DNA of 54,750 nt from Nanobdellota archaeon (GCA_048625195.1 JBMCRE010000006.1:1-54750); one strand, 5' to 3'; numbered from the stretch's first letter, positions 30,132-41,559 are shown. Notes: a model not told the origin generated them from the sequence alone. A program made the numbers and translations.

Positions 30132-32060
30132 ATGAAATTTGAATTAAAATCTAATTTTAAACCTGCTGGTGGACAAGTTGATGCTATAAATAAATTAGTA
30201 AATGGTTATAATAAGTATCCTAAACAAACTTTACTTGGTATTACTGGGAGTGGAAAAACTTTTGTTATTGCAAATTTAATTGAAAAAATTCAAAAAAAAA
30301 CTTTAGTATTAGCACATAACAAAACACTTGCTGCGCAATTATATCAAGAATTAAAAGAGTTTTTTCCTAATAATAGAGTAGAATATTTTATATCTTATTA
30401 TGATTATTATCAACCTGAAAGTTATATACCAACTAGTGATACTTATATTGAAAAAGAAGCTACTGTAAATAAAGAAATTGAAAAGATGAGATTAAAAGCT
30501 ATTAGTTCTGTGTTATCAAGAGATGATACTATTATAGTTGCATCAACTTCTTGTATTTATGGAGCTGGGAACCCTGAAGATTTTAAAAGTTTAGCTTTTG
30601 AAGTAAAAAAAAATGATGAAATATCAAGGACTAAAATTATTTCTAATTTAATTAATATGCTTTATGAAAGAAATGATGCTGTATTAGAAGAAGGAAGATT
30701 TAGAGTAAGAGGAGATACTATTGATATATTTCCTCCTTATTATGATAAAATAATTAGAATTGAAATGTTTGGAGATGAGATTGAAAATATATTTGAACTT
30801 GATAAAATAACTAATAATAAACTACAAAGTTTAGATTCTATTAGATTATTTCCTGCAAAACAATTTGTAGTACCACAAGAAAAACAAGAGTTGGCAATTA
30901 AACAAATCCAAGAAGAATTATCTCAAAGAGTAAAAGAATTACCTTTATTGGAAGAACAAAGATTAAAACAAAGAGTAAAGTATGATATAGAAATGATGCA
31001 AGAAGTTGGATATTGTACTGGTATTGAAAATTATTCTAGATTTTTTGATGATAGAAAACCAGGTGATCCTCCTTTTGTTTTATTAGATTATTTCGGAGAT
31101 GATTTTATGATGGTTATTGATGAGTCTCATCAAACTATTCCACAAGCAAATGCAATGTATAAAGGAGATTATTCTAGAAAAAAAAATTTGGTAGATTTCG
31201 GATTTAGATTGCCTTCTGCATTTGATAATAGACCTTTAAAGTTTGAAGAATTTGAAAAATATTTAAAACATACTGTATTTGTTTCTGCAACGCCAGGTGA
31301 TTATGAAGTAGAAAAATCTGGACAAATTGTTGAACAAATTATTAGACCTACTGGTTTATTAGATCCAATTATTGAAGTAAAATCTAGTGATGGACAAGTT
31401 CAAGATTTAATTAAAGAGATTAAAAAAGTTGTAAATAAAAATGAAAGAGTTTTAGTTACAACTCTTACTAAAAGAATGGCAGAAGATTTAACTGATTATT
31501 TTTCACAAAAACAAATAAAAGTTAGATATATGCATTCTGATATTGAATCTTTAGATAGAATTGAGTTAATTAGACAATTGAGAATTGGAGAATTTGATGT
31601 TTTGATAGGAATTAATTTACTAAGAGAGGGATTGGATATTCCAGAGGTTAGTTTAGTTGCAATTTTAGATGCTGATAAAGAAGGTTTTTTAAGAAATGAG
31701 AGGTCTTTGATTCAAACAATTGGAAGAGCTGCAAGAAATTCTAATGGTCGAGTTATAATGTATAGGGATGTTATGACTAAGTCTATAAAACAAGCTATTG
31801 AAGTTACTAATTATAGACGAGAAGAACAAATAAAATATAATAAAAAACATGGTATTACGCCTACAACTATTATTAAGAAAGTTGAAAACAAAGTAATAGA
31901 TAAAAAAATTCGTGGATTTAAGCATTTATCAAAAACTGATATTAAGAAAAAAATTATAGAATTGGAAACACAGATGAAAAAATCTGCTCAAAGTTTGGAT
32001 TTTGAAAAAGCGATAGAGATAAGAGATGTATTAGAAGATATGAAAAAATTAAAAGAATAA
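30132..32060 (+). CDS. uvrB: excinuclease ABC subunit B
   Basis: GITGSGKT, HNKTLAAQL, SYYDYYQPE, DESH, GINLLREGLD, QTIGRAARN, C-terminal UVR domain. Confidence 0.98.
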   Translation: MKFELKSNFKPAGGQVDAINKLVNGYNKYPKQTLLGITGSGKTFVIANLIEKIQKKTLVLAHNKTLAAQLYQELKEFFPNNRVEYFISYYDYYQPESYIPTSDTYIEKEATVNKEIEKMRLKAISSVLSRDDTIIVASTSCIYGAGNPEDFKSLAFEVKKNDEISRTKIISNLINMLYERNDAVLEEGRFRVRGDTIDIFPPYYDKIIRIEMFGDEIENIFELDKITNNKLQSLDSIRLFPAKQFVVPQEKQELAIKQIQEELSQRVKELPLLEEQRLKQRVKYDIEMMQEVGYCTGIENYSRFFDDRKPGDPPFVLLDYFGDDFMMVIDESHQTIPQANAMYKGDYSRKKNLVDFGFRLPSAFDNRPLKFEEFEKYLKHTVFVSATPGDYEVEKSGQIVEQIIRPTGLLDPIIEVKSSDGQVQDLIKEIKKVVNKNERVLVTTLTKRMAEDLTDYFSQKQIKVRYMHSDIESLDRIELIRQLRIGEFDVLIGINLLREGLDIPEVSLVAILDADKEGFLRNERSLIQTIGRAARNSNGRVIMYRDVMTKSIKQAIEVTNYRREEQIKYNKKHGITPTTIIKKVENKVIDKKIRGFKHLSKTDIKKKIIELETQMKKSAQSLDFEKAIEIRDVLEDMKKLKE

Positions 32061-32359
32061 TTAAAAAAATATTTCTTTTTAATTGCTTTATTTATGGTGT
32101 TTTTGAAAATATGTCTCGAATTTGTCAATATTTATTTTGAACTAATATCTTGAATTTAGTTTTAGTTTTTAATTATAATTGAATTAATGATTTTGTGTTT
32201 TATCATTATTTATGTCAAATAATTAGATCTGTTTTTTTTCTCTTTTTATATATTTTGTTCCTCAACTGAATAACAAATAGAAATGTGTCACTGTATTATT
32301 AGAGCTTAATTTTATATAATTAGAAAACCATATAATTAATCCTTTTATACAAATTTAAG

Positions 32360-32560
32360 GTGAAATTAAAAATGCAATATTTAAAGTGTCAGGATTTAGG
32401 AATTAGGAAGTGTAGGTGCGTTATTAAAGGTAACACAGAGTTAAATGTTGTAAATTCAGTTATAAAACATATTAAAACAAATCATTCTAATTTATTTAAA
32501 GATATGAATTCTAATGATATATTTAAATTGAGAAAACAAATTAAGAAAAAGATTATATAA
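32360..32560 (+). CDS. DUF1059-like small metal-binding protein
   Basis: LKCQDLG..C....G.TE..V...H...H pattern; start may be ATG 32372. Confidence 0.7.
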   Translation: MKLKMQYLKCQDLGIRKCRCVIKGNTELNVVNSVIKHIKTNHSNLFKDMNSNDIFKLRKQIKKKII

Positions 32561-32583
32561 TTTAAATCATTTTTATAAATTAT

Positions 32584-32919
32584 TTAAGTACTATAAGTTT
32601 TTAAATCAAAATCTGTCTCAATGTCAAATGACACTTTTTGTCCTGAAATTTCAAAATTACGAATTTTTAAATCTTTTAAAATATAAGCATTATCAATGAA
32701 TAAATGTTTTTTTACTATACTAGAAAGTCGTTTTTCTAATTCTTCTTGAGTTAAAAATTGATTGTTATAGTTGATTTTTCTACAAACATTACAATATTGT
32801 AAATTAATTGGCTTTAATTCTATGATCGGTGGATTTGTATCTTTAAAACATTTAGGACATTTTCCTTTATATAATATATCTTCTTTTGCACCACATAAAA
32901 AACATGTTTTTTTTAACAT
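32584..32919 (-). CDS. NMD3-related zinc-binding protein (N-terminal part only)
   Basis: CFLCG..GKCPKCF..CNVC arrangement typical of the NMD3 N-terminus; only 111 aa. Confidence 0.65.
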   Translation of the reverse strand: MLKKTCFLCGAKEDILYKGKCPKCFKDTNPPIIELKPINLQYCNVCRKINYNNQFLTQEELEKRLSSIVKKHLFIDNAYILKDLKIRNFEISGQKVSFDIETDFDLKTYST

Positions 32920-33129
32920 AAAAAAATTAAGTGTTAAAGTTTTATAAATTCTTTGTCAAAATTTACAGATAATTTTAAAAAATACTGATTTTATAAAACA
33001 AACTATATATTATTTTTGAATTTATGATTTAAAAGATATTTTATAAAACTGTTAAATTTTTCGAAGCTATTTATTGTAACTTTACAATAGTATTATAATT
33101 TTATATTGTAAAGATAATCAAAATTACTA

Positions 33130-35301
33130 GTGGAAAGTGAGAAAGATAGATTCATGAGGAGTTTTGAAGATAAACTAAAAAAACAATTGGATTCTAAAAC
33201 TTATTCTAAATTAAAATATGGTACTTTGGGAGATGATGATGAAGTTTCAGTTGATTATGAAAAATTTAGAATAGAAACTTTACCAAAAAGTATAAATTTA
33301 TACGAGAGAATTTGTGATTTTTGTGAAAAAATTTTAAAAATTAAACCTGATGAAAAAACCTCAAATAAAATAAATCAAATTTTATTTAAAGCACATTTAA
33401 ATTGCTCTCCAACAGGTGTTCAGAGTACATCTATTTTTTTTTCTATGATTATTTTAATGTTAGGGTTTGTTTTGTTGTTAATCACCCCTATAATTGGAAG
33501 TGGATTTATATTTATTGGATTGGGAGTTTATTTTGGTTTACAATCAATACCTGGAATGTTTGCAAAAAAGATGCAGTCTCAGGCAAATGATGAGGTAATT
33601 GTTGCAGTTTTTTATATAGTTGCATTTATGCGGTTTAATTCTAATTTCGAACTTGCAGTTAATTTTGCAGCAAATTATTTGAATCCACCATTGTCATTAG
33701 ATTTTAAAAGATTATTGTGGGAATTACAAAATTCTAAATATCCAAATATCAAACAAGCTATGGATAAATATCTTGAAAGCTGGAGAGATGAGAATTTAGA
33801 ATTTTTAGAGGCAATTTATCTAATAGAGACTTCACTTTATGAATCAGAGTCGGTTAGAAGAATTTCTTTACTAGATAAAGCTTTAGATATAATATTACAA
33901 GGTAATTATGAAAAAATGCTTCATTTTGCTCAAGAATTAAAAGGTAAAGTTACAACTTTTAATATGATGGGTATTGTTTTACCTATTTTAGGACTAATTA
34001 TTTTGCCTCTTGCAGCATCATTTGGGGACCCAAAAAGTGTACTTGAAGTTGTTGTTTTATTATATATTATTCTTATCCCTTTTATGGTAGGTTATTTTGG
34101 TTTTATATTGGTGTTTAATAGACCTTCAAATATTAATGCTATAAAAATTCCTAAGTTAAAAAAAAATAAACAAGATGGTCAAATAAAATTTAAAATATCT
34201 TCTAAAAAAAAAATTTATCTTTCTCCAAAAATTCCTGCAATATTTATTCTTTTATTATTCTTATTTATTGGACTTATTCCTTTAATTGTACATTATAGTG
34301 GAATGGAAAATAATTTGAATAGTAACTTGAGAAGTTTGATTCCTGATTCAAAATCACCTTTTGCAGTTTTTCAAGAATATAAGTCAATAGAAAAAGATGA
34401 TGGTAGCGAGTATTCTTTTGGACCTTATGGTGTTTATCCTGGAATTTTAAGTTTATTTATACCACTTGCTTTTGCTTATTCTTTAGGGTATTATTTTAGA
34501 TATAGATATAAAGAATTAATTAAAATAAGAGATAATACTAAAAAATTAGAAGTGCAATTTCCTTCTGCAATGTTTCAATTGGGTAATCGTATTAATGAAG
34601 GAATTGCCGCTGAACTTGCATTTGGTGCAGTGGCTGATACTATGAAAGGAACTCAAGTTGCAACTTTTTTAGAACAAATTGATTCGAATATAAAATTTGA
34701 AGGTATGGGGGTAGAAGCTGCAATTTTTGATCCACAAAAAGGAGCAATTTTAGAATACCCTTCAGATTTAGTAATTAGTTCAATGAAAATTTTACTAAGA
34801 GCTATTGAGAAAGGACCTGAAATTACTTCACAAACTTTAATGGATTTGTCTAGGTATTTAACTGAAATGCATTTATCTGCAGAAAGAATGAGAGATCTTT
34901 TAAGTGAAAGTGTTGGGAGCATGAAGGCACAAGTTAATTTTTTAGCTCCTTTTATTTCTGGAATTGTTATTTCAATTGTTTCATTGGTTACAATTATTAT
35001 GGGAACATTATCTAATGCTACAAGAGAGCTTTCTTCTGGAGATATGGGTATACCTAATTTTTTAGGAGAAAGTATGCCTACTTATTTGTTCCAAAGTGTT
35101 GTTGGTATTTATTTAGTGATGTTAATTATTATATTAGTGTATGTTATAACTAATTTAGAAAATGGTAATGATATTATATTTACTAAGTATGAAATGGGTC
35201 AAAAAGTGCAGAGTGCGTTTTTAAAATATACTATAGTTGTTACAATAGGTATCTTATTTTTTACTTATATAGGTTCTAAAATTTTAGTTAGTATTGCCTA
35301 A
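33130..35301 (+). CDS. type IV pilus / T2SS-F platform membrane protein (TadC/ArlJ-like)
   Basis: Two cytoplasmic domains (NFELAVNFAA..PLSLDFKRL; LEVQFPSAMFQLG..G) each followed by TM bundles; GTG start. Confidence 0.75.
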   Translation: MESEKDRFMRSFEDKLKKQLDSKTYSKLKYGTLGDDDEVSVDYEKFRIETLPKSINLYERICDFCEKILKIKPDEKTSNKINQILFKAHLNCSPTGVQSTSIFFSMIILMLGFVLLLITPIIGSGFIFIGLGVYFGLQSIPGMFAKKMQSQANDEVIVAVFYIVAFMRFNSNFELAVNFAANYLNPPLSLDFKRLLWELQNSKYPNIKQAMDKYLESWRDENLEFLEAIYLIETSLYESESVRRISLLDKALDIILQGNYEKMLHFAQELKGKVTTFNMMGIVLPILGLIILPLAASFGDPKSVLEVVVLLYIILIPFMVGYFGFILVFNRPSNINAIKIPKLKKNKQDGQIKFKISSKKKIYLSPKIPAIFILLLFLFIGLIPLIVHYSGMENNLNSNLRSLIPDSKSPFAVFQEYKSIEKDDGSEYSFGPYGVYPGILSLFIPLAFAYSLGYYFRYRYKELIKIRDNTKKLEVQFPSAMFQLGNRINEGIAAELAFGAVADTMKGTQVATFLEQIDSNIKFEGMGVEAAIFDPQKGAILEYPSDLVISSMKILLRAIEKGPEITSQTLMDLSRYLTEMHLSAERMRDLLSESVGSMKAQVNFLAPFISGIVISIVSLVTIIMGTLSNATRELSSGDMGIPNFLGESMPTYLFQSVVGIYLVMLIIILVYVITNLENGNDIIFTKYEMGQKVQSAFLKYTIVVTIGILFFTYIGSKILVSIA

Positions 35302-35421
35302 AAAAAAATTAACTCTTTTGAGTAAATATTTCAAAGTAGATACGAAATATTTATAAAAACATCTTAGTTCTTATATAGTAATACGATACGTATTATCAAA
35401 ATAATAATATCTGATAAAAAA

Positions 35422-36696
35422 ATGGCAAGTAATAAAGAACACTTTAATGTAGTATTCATCGGTCATGTGGATCATGGAAAGTCAACTACTGTTGGTAGAA
35501 TGCTTTATGATTCTGGTAATATTGATGAACAAGTTATGAGAAAATTAAAAGAAAAAGCTGCAGAATATGGTAAACAAGGTTTTGAGTTTGCTTATGTTAT
35601 GGATGGTTTAAAAGAAGAACAAGAAAGAGGTGTGACTATTGATTTAGCACACAAAAAAATTGAAACAGACAAATATGAATATACTATCATTGATGCTCCT
35701 GGGCATGCTGATTTTATTAAGAATATGATTACTGGTGTTTCACAAGCAGATGCTGGTGTTTTAGTTGTTGCTGCAACTGATGGTGTTAATGAACAAACTA
35801 AAGAACATGCATATTTATCTAAAACATTTGGAATTGACCAACTAGTTATTGCTGTTAACAAAATGGATATGGTAAAATATGAACAAAACAGATATAATGA
35901 AGTTACAGCTGAGTTAGATAAATTATTAAAACCACTAGGATTTAAATCTATTAGATATATACCTATTGCTGCTTTAGTAGGAGACAATGTTGTAAAAAAA
36001 TCTGAAAATATGCCTTGGTATGATGGTGAAGTATTATTAACTATGCTTGATCAATTTGAAGTATCAGAATCACCAGTTGATTTACCTTTAAGACTTCCTA
36101 TTCAAGATGTTTATTCAATTAAAGGTGTAGGATTAGTTCCTGTAGGTAGAGTTGAAACTGGATTATTAAAATCTAATATGAAAATTGTTGCTGTACCTGC
36201 TAAAAACGGTACTGGAATGAAAGGAGAAGTAAAAGACATTGAAATGCATCATGAAAGAGTTCAACAAGCTAAACCTGGTTTTAATGTTGGGTTTAATGCT
36301 AAAGGATTCAACAAAGGGGATATTGCTAAAGGAGATGTAATTGGAACTCCTGAGTCACCTCCTACATTAGTTTCAGAATTTACAGGACAAGTTTTAGTAT
36401 TAAACCATCCGTCTGTTATTACTGTTGGATATTCTCCAGTATTTCACATTCACACTTCACAAGTTTCATGTAGAGTTACTCAAATAGTTAAAAAACTTAA
36501 TGGTGATATGGCAGAAAACCCTGATTTCATTAGAAATGGTGATGCTGCTGTTGTTAAATTTACTCCTTTAAGACCTGTAGTTATTGAAAAAAGAGATGAA
36601 CTTCCTCAACTTGCAAGATTTGCAATTAGAGATTCAGGTAAAACTGTTGCAGCAGGTCAATGTATGGATGTTGTGAAAAAAGAATTAAAATTCTAA
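35422..36696 (+). CDS. tuf: translation elongation factor EF-1alpha
   Basis: [30 protein letters not shown]. Confidence 0.98.
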   Translation: MASNKEHFNVVFIGHVDHGKSTTVGRMLYDSGNIDEQVMRKLKEKAAEYGKQGFEFAYVMDGLKEEQERGVTIDLAHKKIETDKYEYTIIDAPGHADFIKNMITGVSQADAGVLVVAATDGVNEQTKEHAYLSKTFGIDQLVIAVNKMDMVKYEQNRYNEVTAELDKLLKPLGFKSIRYIPIAALVGDNVVKKSENMPWYDGEVLLTMLDQFEVSESPVDLPLRLPIQDVYSIKGVGLVPVGRVETGLLKSNMKIVAVPAKNGTGMKGEVKDIEMHHERVQQAKPGFNVGFNAKGFNKGDIAKGDVIGTPESPPTLVSEFTGQVLVLNHPSVITVGYSPVFHIHTSQVSCRVTQIVKKLNGDMAENPDFIRNGDAAVVKFTPLRPVVIEKRDELPQLARFAIRDSGKTVAAGQCMDVVKKELKF

Positions 36697-36711
36697 ATTT
36701 TTTTATAAAAA

Positions 36712-37020
36712 ATGAGTAAAGCAAGAATTAAGCTAGTTGGTAACAATATTGATAAAATAAATCTTTTTATTGATGAAATTAGAGATGTTGTTGAAAAGTT
36801 GGGAGTAGGACTTACTGGGCCTATTCCAATGCCGACTAAAAAATTAAAAATTACAACTAGAAAATCGCCTGATGGTGAAGGGAAAGCATCATTTGAAAGA
36901 TATCAAATGAGAATACATAAAAGGTTAATTGATTTAGAAGTAAATGAAAGAGTGCTTCGAAAAATTATGAAAATACAAATACCTCAAGGTGTTAAAATAG
37001 AAATTAAATTAGTTGAATAA
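36712..37020 (+). CDS. rpsJ: 30S ribosomal protein S10 (uS10)
   Basis: GPIPMPTKK..TRKSPDGEG..MRIHKRLID; follows tuf. Confidence 0.97.
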   Translation: MSKARIKLVGNNIDKINLFIDEIRDVVEKLGVGLTGPIPMPTKKLKITTRKSPDGEGKASFERYQMRIHKRLIDLEVNERVLRKIMKIQIPQGVKIEIKLVE

Positions 37021-37184
37021 ATTTAATTTCTATCTATATTCTTCAATATTTAAAATTAAATGAGTTTTTTATGTTGTTTCATTTTAAATAAAAATTATTT
37101 ATTTATAACCTTTTTTATTAAATATAAAGAAATTTAAAAATAATTTTCATAAAATTTATAAATGAAATATAATAAAGTATTATT

Positions 37185-38441
37185 ATGGCTCAAAGTAAAA
37201 AAAATACTAAAAAAAGTAGTCAAGAAAGTAAAAGTAAAGCTTCATCAAAAAAAGTTGATGCTAAAACTAATAAGACAAGTGCTTCGAAAAAGAAAAATGA
37301 ACCAATTCAATCAAAGGTAAATCATGATTCTAAAAAAAAGCATGACACAACTAAATCAAAGGATAGTCATGATAAAAAGAAGCAACATGTTTCTCAAAAA
37401 GAAGTTCAACCAAACAATAATGTTTGGATGATGGTTGCAATGATATTAGGAATATTAATTATATTACTAGTAATTGCTCTTGGTGTAATGTATTTTGACC
37501 AAAACAATAAAACTAATGATAATAACAATGATGTTCCTACTAATAATGAGTCAAATGTACAATTACTAATTATTGAAGATCCTGAATGTATAAATTGTGA
37601 AGTTGATTTGTTTGTAAGTCAAGTTAAAGAAAACTTAATTCCTAACTTAGAAATAGAAAAGTTAGATTATGAATCACAATTAGGAGAAGCTATTTTAAGT
37701 GATATAAATGCTAAACAAGTTCCTGTTTATCTTTTTAGTACAAATTTTGACCAAAGAGATGATTGGACAGAGTTGAAAGAAGCTTTTGTGGAAGTAAATA
37801 CTAATGAAGAAACTTATTATATGCTTAATCCTCAACTTATTCCAAATAAAGTATTAACTCAAGAACCTATTATTACAGATTCTGCAATTGTAATTGGAGA
37901 TGAAAATGCACCTGTAACTTTAATTAAATTTACAGATTTTGAATGTCCTTATTGTGCAATTGCTGAAGGCAATAAAGAATTAGTTGAACAATTTAGTGCA
38001 GAAGCCCCTAACTATGTTCCTGCACTACCTAAAATTGAATCTGAATATATAGATACTGGAAAAGTAAAAATGGTATTTTATAATATGCCTGCTAATTCAT
38101 TATCTGCTCATTTAGCAGGACTTTGTGCTAATGAACAAGGTGCTTTTATTGAATATTCACAATTATTATGGGATAAAAAAGATAATTGGGATACTAAAAT
38201 TGATGAAGAGAGAATTAAATTATATAAACAATTTGCACAAGAAGTTAATCTAGATACAGATAAATTTGATGAATGTTTTGACAGTGAAAAATATATTCAA
38301 CAAATTGAAGAAGAAAAGGCACTTGGTCAAGCATACGGAATTACAGGCACTCCTGCTTTTGTAGTTGGAACAACTTTAATTTCTGGAGCACAAGACTATA
38401 GTGTGTTTAAACAAATTATTGATGCAGAACTTGCTAAATAA
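37185..38441 (+). CDS. membrane-anchored DsbA-family thioredoxin-fold protein
   Basis: Lys-rich N-tail, TM, CINC domain, then FTDFECPYC and GITGTPAF. Confidence 0.88.
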   Translation: MAQSKKNTKKSSQESKSKASSKKVDAKTNKTSASKKKNEPIQSKVNHDSKKKHDTTKSKDSHDKKKQHVSQKEVQPNNNVWMMVAMILGILIILLVIALGVMYFDQNNKTNDNNNDVPTNNESNVQLLIIEDPECINCEVDLFVSQVKENLIPNLEIEKLDYESQLGEAILSDINAKQVPVYLFSTNFDQRDDWTELKEAFVEVNTNEETYYMLNPQLIPNKVLTQEPIITDSAIVIGDENAPVTLIKFTDFECPYCAIAEGNKELVEQFSAEAPNYVPALPKIESEYIDTGKVKMVFYNMPANSLSAHLAGLCANEQGAFIEYSQLLWDKKDNWDTKIDEERIKLYKQFAQEVNLDTDKFDECFDSEKYIQQIEEEKALGQAYGITGTPAFVVGTTLISGAQDYSVFKQIIDAELAK

Positions 38442-38452
38442 TTAAATTAAAA

Positions 38453-38917
38453 ATGCTTAATTTATTTCTTTATTTTTTTTCTTTTTTATTTGGTCAATTA
38501 GGGTTTTTATTAGGAAATATAACTAAAGAAGAACATAATGAAATAAGTAAGTTTGTAGATTATTGTGTAAATATTTTAATAATCATTTTTTATGGTTTTA
38601 TGCTTTATTTGTTTTCTTATAATTTCATAATTCTAAATATATATATTATTTTGTTAATTTCTCACATAATTATTTTATATAAAAATAAAAATAGTTTAGA
38701 AGAAATATTTAATGTTTTTTTATTATCAATAAGTTTTATACTTTTATTTATTACAAGTAAAAATATTTACTTTATTATATTATTAATTTTTGTCTTATTT
38801 TTAAAAAATTCTTTTAAAAAATATAACAAGAAAAAAGAAATAAAATTATTTATCATTTATTTAACTATTTTAATTATATACTTTTTATTCGATTATCTTT
38901 TAGGCAATATTTTATAA
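38453..38917 (+). CDS. hypothetical multi-TM protein
   Basis: Highly hydrophobic ORF co-oriented with dsbA. Confidence 0.6.
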   Translation: MLNLFLYFFSFLFGQLGFLLGNITKEEHNEISKFVDYCVNILIIIFYGFMLYLFSYNFIILNIYIILLISHIIILYKNKNSLEEIFNVFLLSISFILLFITSKNIYFIILLIFVLFLKNSFKKYNKKKEIKLFIIYLTILIIYFLFDYLLGNIL

Positions 38918-38939
38918 CTTATAAATTATTATTTTTTAT

Positions 38940-39221
38940 ATGTTAATAATATTATTTGCTTTAGTAGATATACATACATTATTCGTATTAATTTTTCATG
39001 AGTATCTATCTAATTTATATGTTTTTTCTGGAGCATCGTTTGCAATATTAAAAGGGTTATTGTTCTTTTTACCATCAAGAGATTTATTTAGTTTGTTAGA
39101 TATAATTTGTGGTTTTTTTATGTTATTTTTGTTAATTACTAATTTGCCTAATTTTATATGCTGGACAATTATAGTTTATTTAGTTTATAAAATTATTATG
39201 AGTTTTGGAGCAATCAAATAA
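38940..39221 (+). CDS. hypothetical small membrane protein
   Basis: Hydrophobic 93-aa ORF. Confidence 0.6.
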   Translation: MLIILFALVDIHTLFVLIFHEYLSNLYVFSGASFAILKGLLFFLPSRDLFSLLDIICGFFMLFLLITNLPNFICWTIIVYLVYKIIMSFGAIK

Positions 39222-39222
39222 A

Positions 39223-40191
39223 TTACAAGTCTATCCCTTTTTTACATCCATAGTTTTTATCAAAATAATGTTTTTGACCTATTACTTCTATTTTGTACTT
39301 TGCAATTTCAATTATTTTTTTATTTGTTGTTCTTCCAGATATTAAAATTTGATTTTTTATTGATTTTAGAACTTTAATTATCTCTTCTTCTTTTAGTAAT
39401 TTGGAATCGATTGTTGTGTTTAGTTCATCTGCTATTAATAAGTCTATTTGAAAAGAATTTTTTATTTCTAATAAACCCTTTTGAGCTTCTTTTATATCTT
39501 GAGGGATATTTGTATATCTAAATTCGTTATTTTCAATTCTAGATAAACCATAAGACTTATAATTAAAATTTAGCTTTGCCTTGTTGAGTTTTGTAAAAAA
39601 GTATTTTTCTCCATAAAAATCTCCACCTTTATCAAAATAAATAATTTGTAATGTTTGATTATTATTTTTAATATTATTGTTTATTAATTCTTTTATGGCT
39701 CTACCAAAAACATAAGTTGATTTTCCTTTTCCATTTCCATAGATATTTGTTATATTATTTCTCCCTTTAGGATTTTTTGTATACTTGTATTGGCTAATTA
39801 AATCGAATTTTTTTTTTATTGCATTAAATTCTTTTTGCTTTTTAAATACAAATATTATTTCTGTTTGTTTTTTTTTGTTTATTAAGATTTCATCAATTTG
39901 ATTAATAGAAAGATGAGAAAATGAAAAATTATCAAATATTATTAAATCATTATTTTTTATGTAGTCCAAACAAAATGAATCGTAGTCAAAAAAATTTATA
40001 TTTTTTAACAGATAAGCACTAAATGAATCAATTATTTGAAAAGCATTCCTTTTTGAATTTATATAAGTAATTTTTAAATTATGACCTATTGCTCTACACA
40101 AAATTCCCAATGCTACATTGGATTGCTTCTCTTGCTCTTCATCTAAATAGATGTGACTTAAACCTTTCCTATTATTCTTTTGTGCTTTCAT
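39223..40191 (-). CDS. CobA/BtuR-type ATP:corrinoid adenosyltransferase-like, tandem domains
   Basis: C-half IYGNGKGKST, ADELN, ISGR, HYFDK..KKGIDL; N-half KGLSHIY..ALGILCRAIGHNLK is a degenerate repeat. Confidence 0.75.
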   Translation of the reverse strand: MKAQKNNRKGLSHIYLDEEQEKQSNVALGILCRAIGHNLKITYINSKRNAFQIIDSFSAYLLKNINFFDYDSFCLDYIKNNDLIIFDNFSFSHLSINQIDEILINKKKQTEIIFVFKKQKEFNAIKKKFDLISQYKYTKNPKGRNNITNIYGNGKGKSTYVFGRAIKELINNNIKNNNQTLQIIYFDKGGDFYGEKYFFTKLNKAKLNFNYKSYGLSRIENNEFRYTNIPQDIKEAQKGLLEIKNSFQIDLLIADELNTTIDSKLLKEEEIIKVLKSIKNQILISGRTTNKKIIEIAKYKIEVIGQKHYFDKNYGCKKGIDL

Positions 40192-40412
40192 ATTCTTTTC
40201 TAAATTATATATATTATAAACTTTTGTTACATCTTTTTATAGGAAACTTTTTATTGAAAATATATTTCAATAAGTCATAATTAAATTATTTTATTAAAAA
40301 ATGATAAATTGAAAATTAGAAAATTAAATATTCAAATTAAAATATTAATGATAGAATTAAAAGAAAAAATTAATAGAGAATATTTATAAAGATGCTATTG
40401 TTTATTTATTAT

Positions 40413-41516
40413 ATGAAAAAGGGTTTATCTGAAAAATTAAAATTTAGAAAATTAATTAAACAATTAAAGGAATATCGTGGGAGACATACTGAATTTGTTA
40501 GTGTTTATATTCCTAGTGGATATGATTTAACAAAAATAATTAATCAACTTCAAGATGAGCAAGGAACTGCAACAAATATTAAAGATAAAAATACTTCTAA
40601 AGCAGTAATAACTGCCCTTGAAAGAATGATTCGAACATTAAAAACTTATAAAGAAACCCCTGAAAATGGTCTTGCTATTTTTAGTGGAAATGTTTCAGAC
40701 AAGGAAAATGTTGCAAACTGTCAAGTTTTTGAAATAGAACCGCCTGAACCTTTAAATTTAAAATTATATAGATGCGACCAAAAATTCTTAACAGAACCAC
40801 TTGAAGAGATTGATGCAAGTGAAACTACTTATGGTTTAATTGCAGTAGATAAAGGAGAGGCAACTGTTGGATTACTAATTGGTTCTTCAATTAAAGTTAT
40901 CAAAAATATGCATTCAAATGTTCCTGGGAAACATAAAACAGGAGGTCAAAGTGCACAAAGATTTGAAAGAATTAGAGAAGGAGCTGCTGTTGAATTTTAT
41001 AAAAGAGTTGCAGACTGTATGATTCAAGAATTTACTTTTATGAAAAATTTAAAAGGTATCATTATTGGAGGACCTGGAACGTCTAAAAACAATTTTATTA
41101 GTGGAAATTATGTTAATGAAGATTTAAAAAAAAAGGTTATTGGAGTCAAAGATATTACATATACTAACACTTCTGGATTATATGAATTATTTGATAAATC
41201 TGCTGATATATTAAAAGATGATGAAGTTATGACTGAGAGAAATAATTTACAAACTTTTTTTGAAACATTAGCAAAAGATTCTCATAGAGTAGTATATGGA
41301 TTTGAAAATACTAAATCAGCTTTAGAGATGAATGCAGTTGATAAATTAATTATTATTGATATTATGATTTCTGATGAAGATTTAAGAGCTTTTAGTGATT
41401 TGGCTGATAATTCTGGAACCGAATTGATATTAGTAACTGATAAAACTCCTGAAGGTGTTCAGTTTAAAGCATTAACTGGAATTGGTGCTATTTTAAGATT
41501 TCCTATTCATAATTAA
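40413..41516 (+). CDS. prf1: archaeal peptide chain release factor aRF1
   Basis: GRHTEFVSVYIP, TATNIKD, YRCDQKF, GGQSAQRFER, GIGAILRF; ORF track starts 40392. Confidence 0.96.
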   Translation: MKKGLSEKLKFRKLIKQLKEYRGRHTEFVSVYIPSGYDLTKIINQLQDEQGTATNIKDKNTSKAVITALERMIRTLKTYKETPENGLAIFSGNVSDKENVANCQVFEIEPPEPLNLKLYRCDQKFLTEPLEEIDASETTYGLIAVDKGEATVGLLIGSSIKVIKNMHSNVPGKHKTGGQSAQRFERIREGAAVEFYKRVADCMIQEFTFMKNLKGIIIGGPGTSKNNFISGNYVNEDLKKKVIGVKDITYTNTSGLYELFDKSADILKDDEVMTERNNLQTFFETLAKDSHRVVYGFENTKSALEMNAVDKLIIIDIMISDEDLRAFSDLADNSGTELILVTDKTPEGVQFKALTGIGAILRFPIHN

Positions 41517-41559
41517 AATTTAGAAGAAATTGTTTTTAAAAATTAAAAATTGTTCTTAA

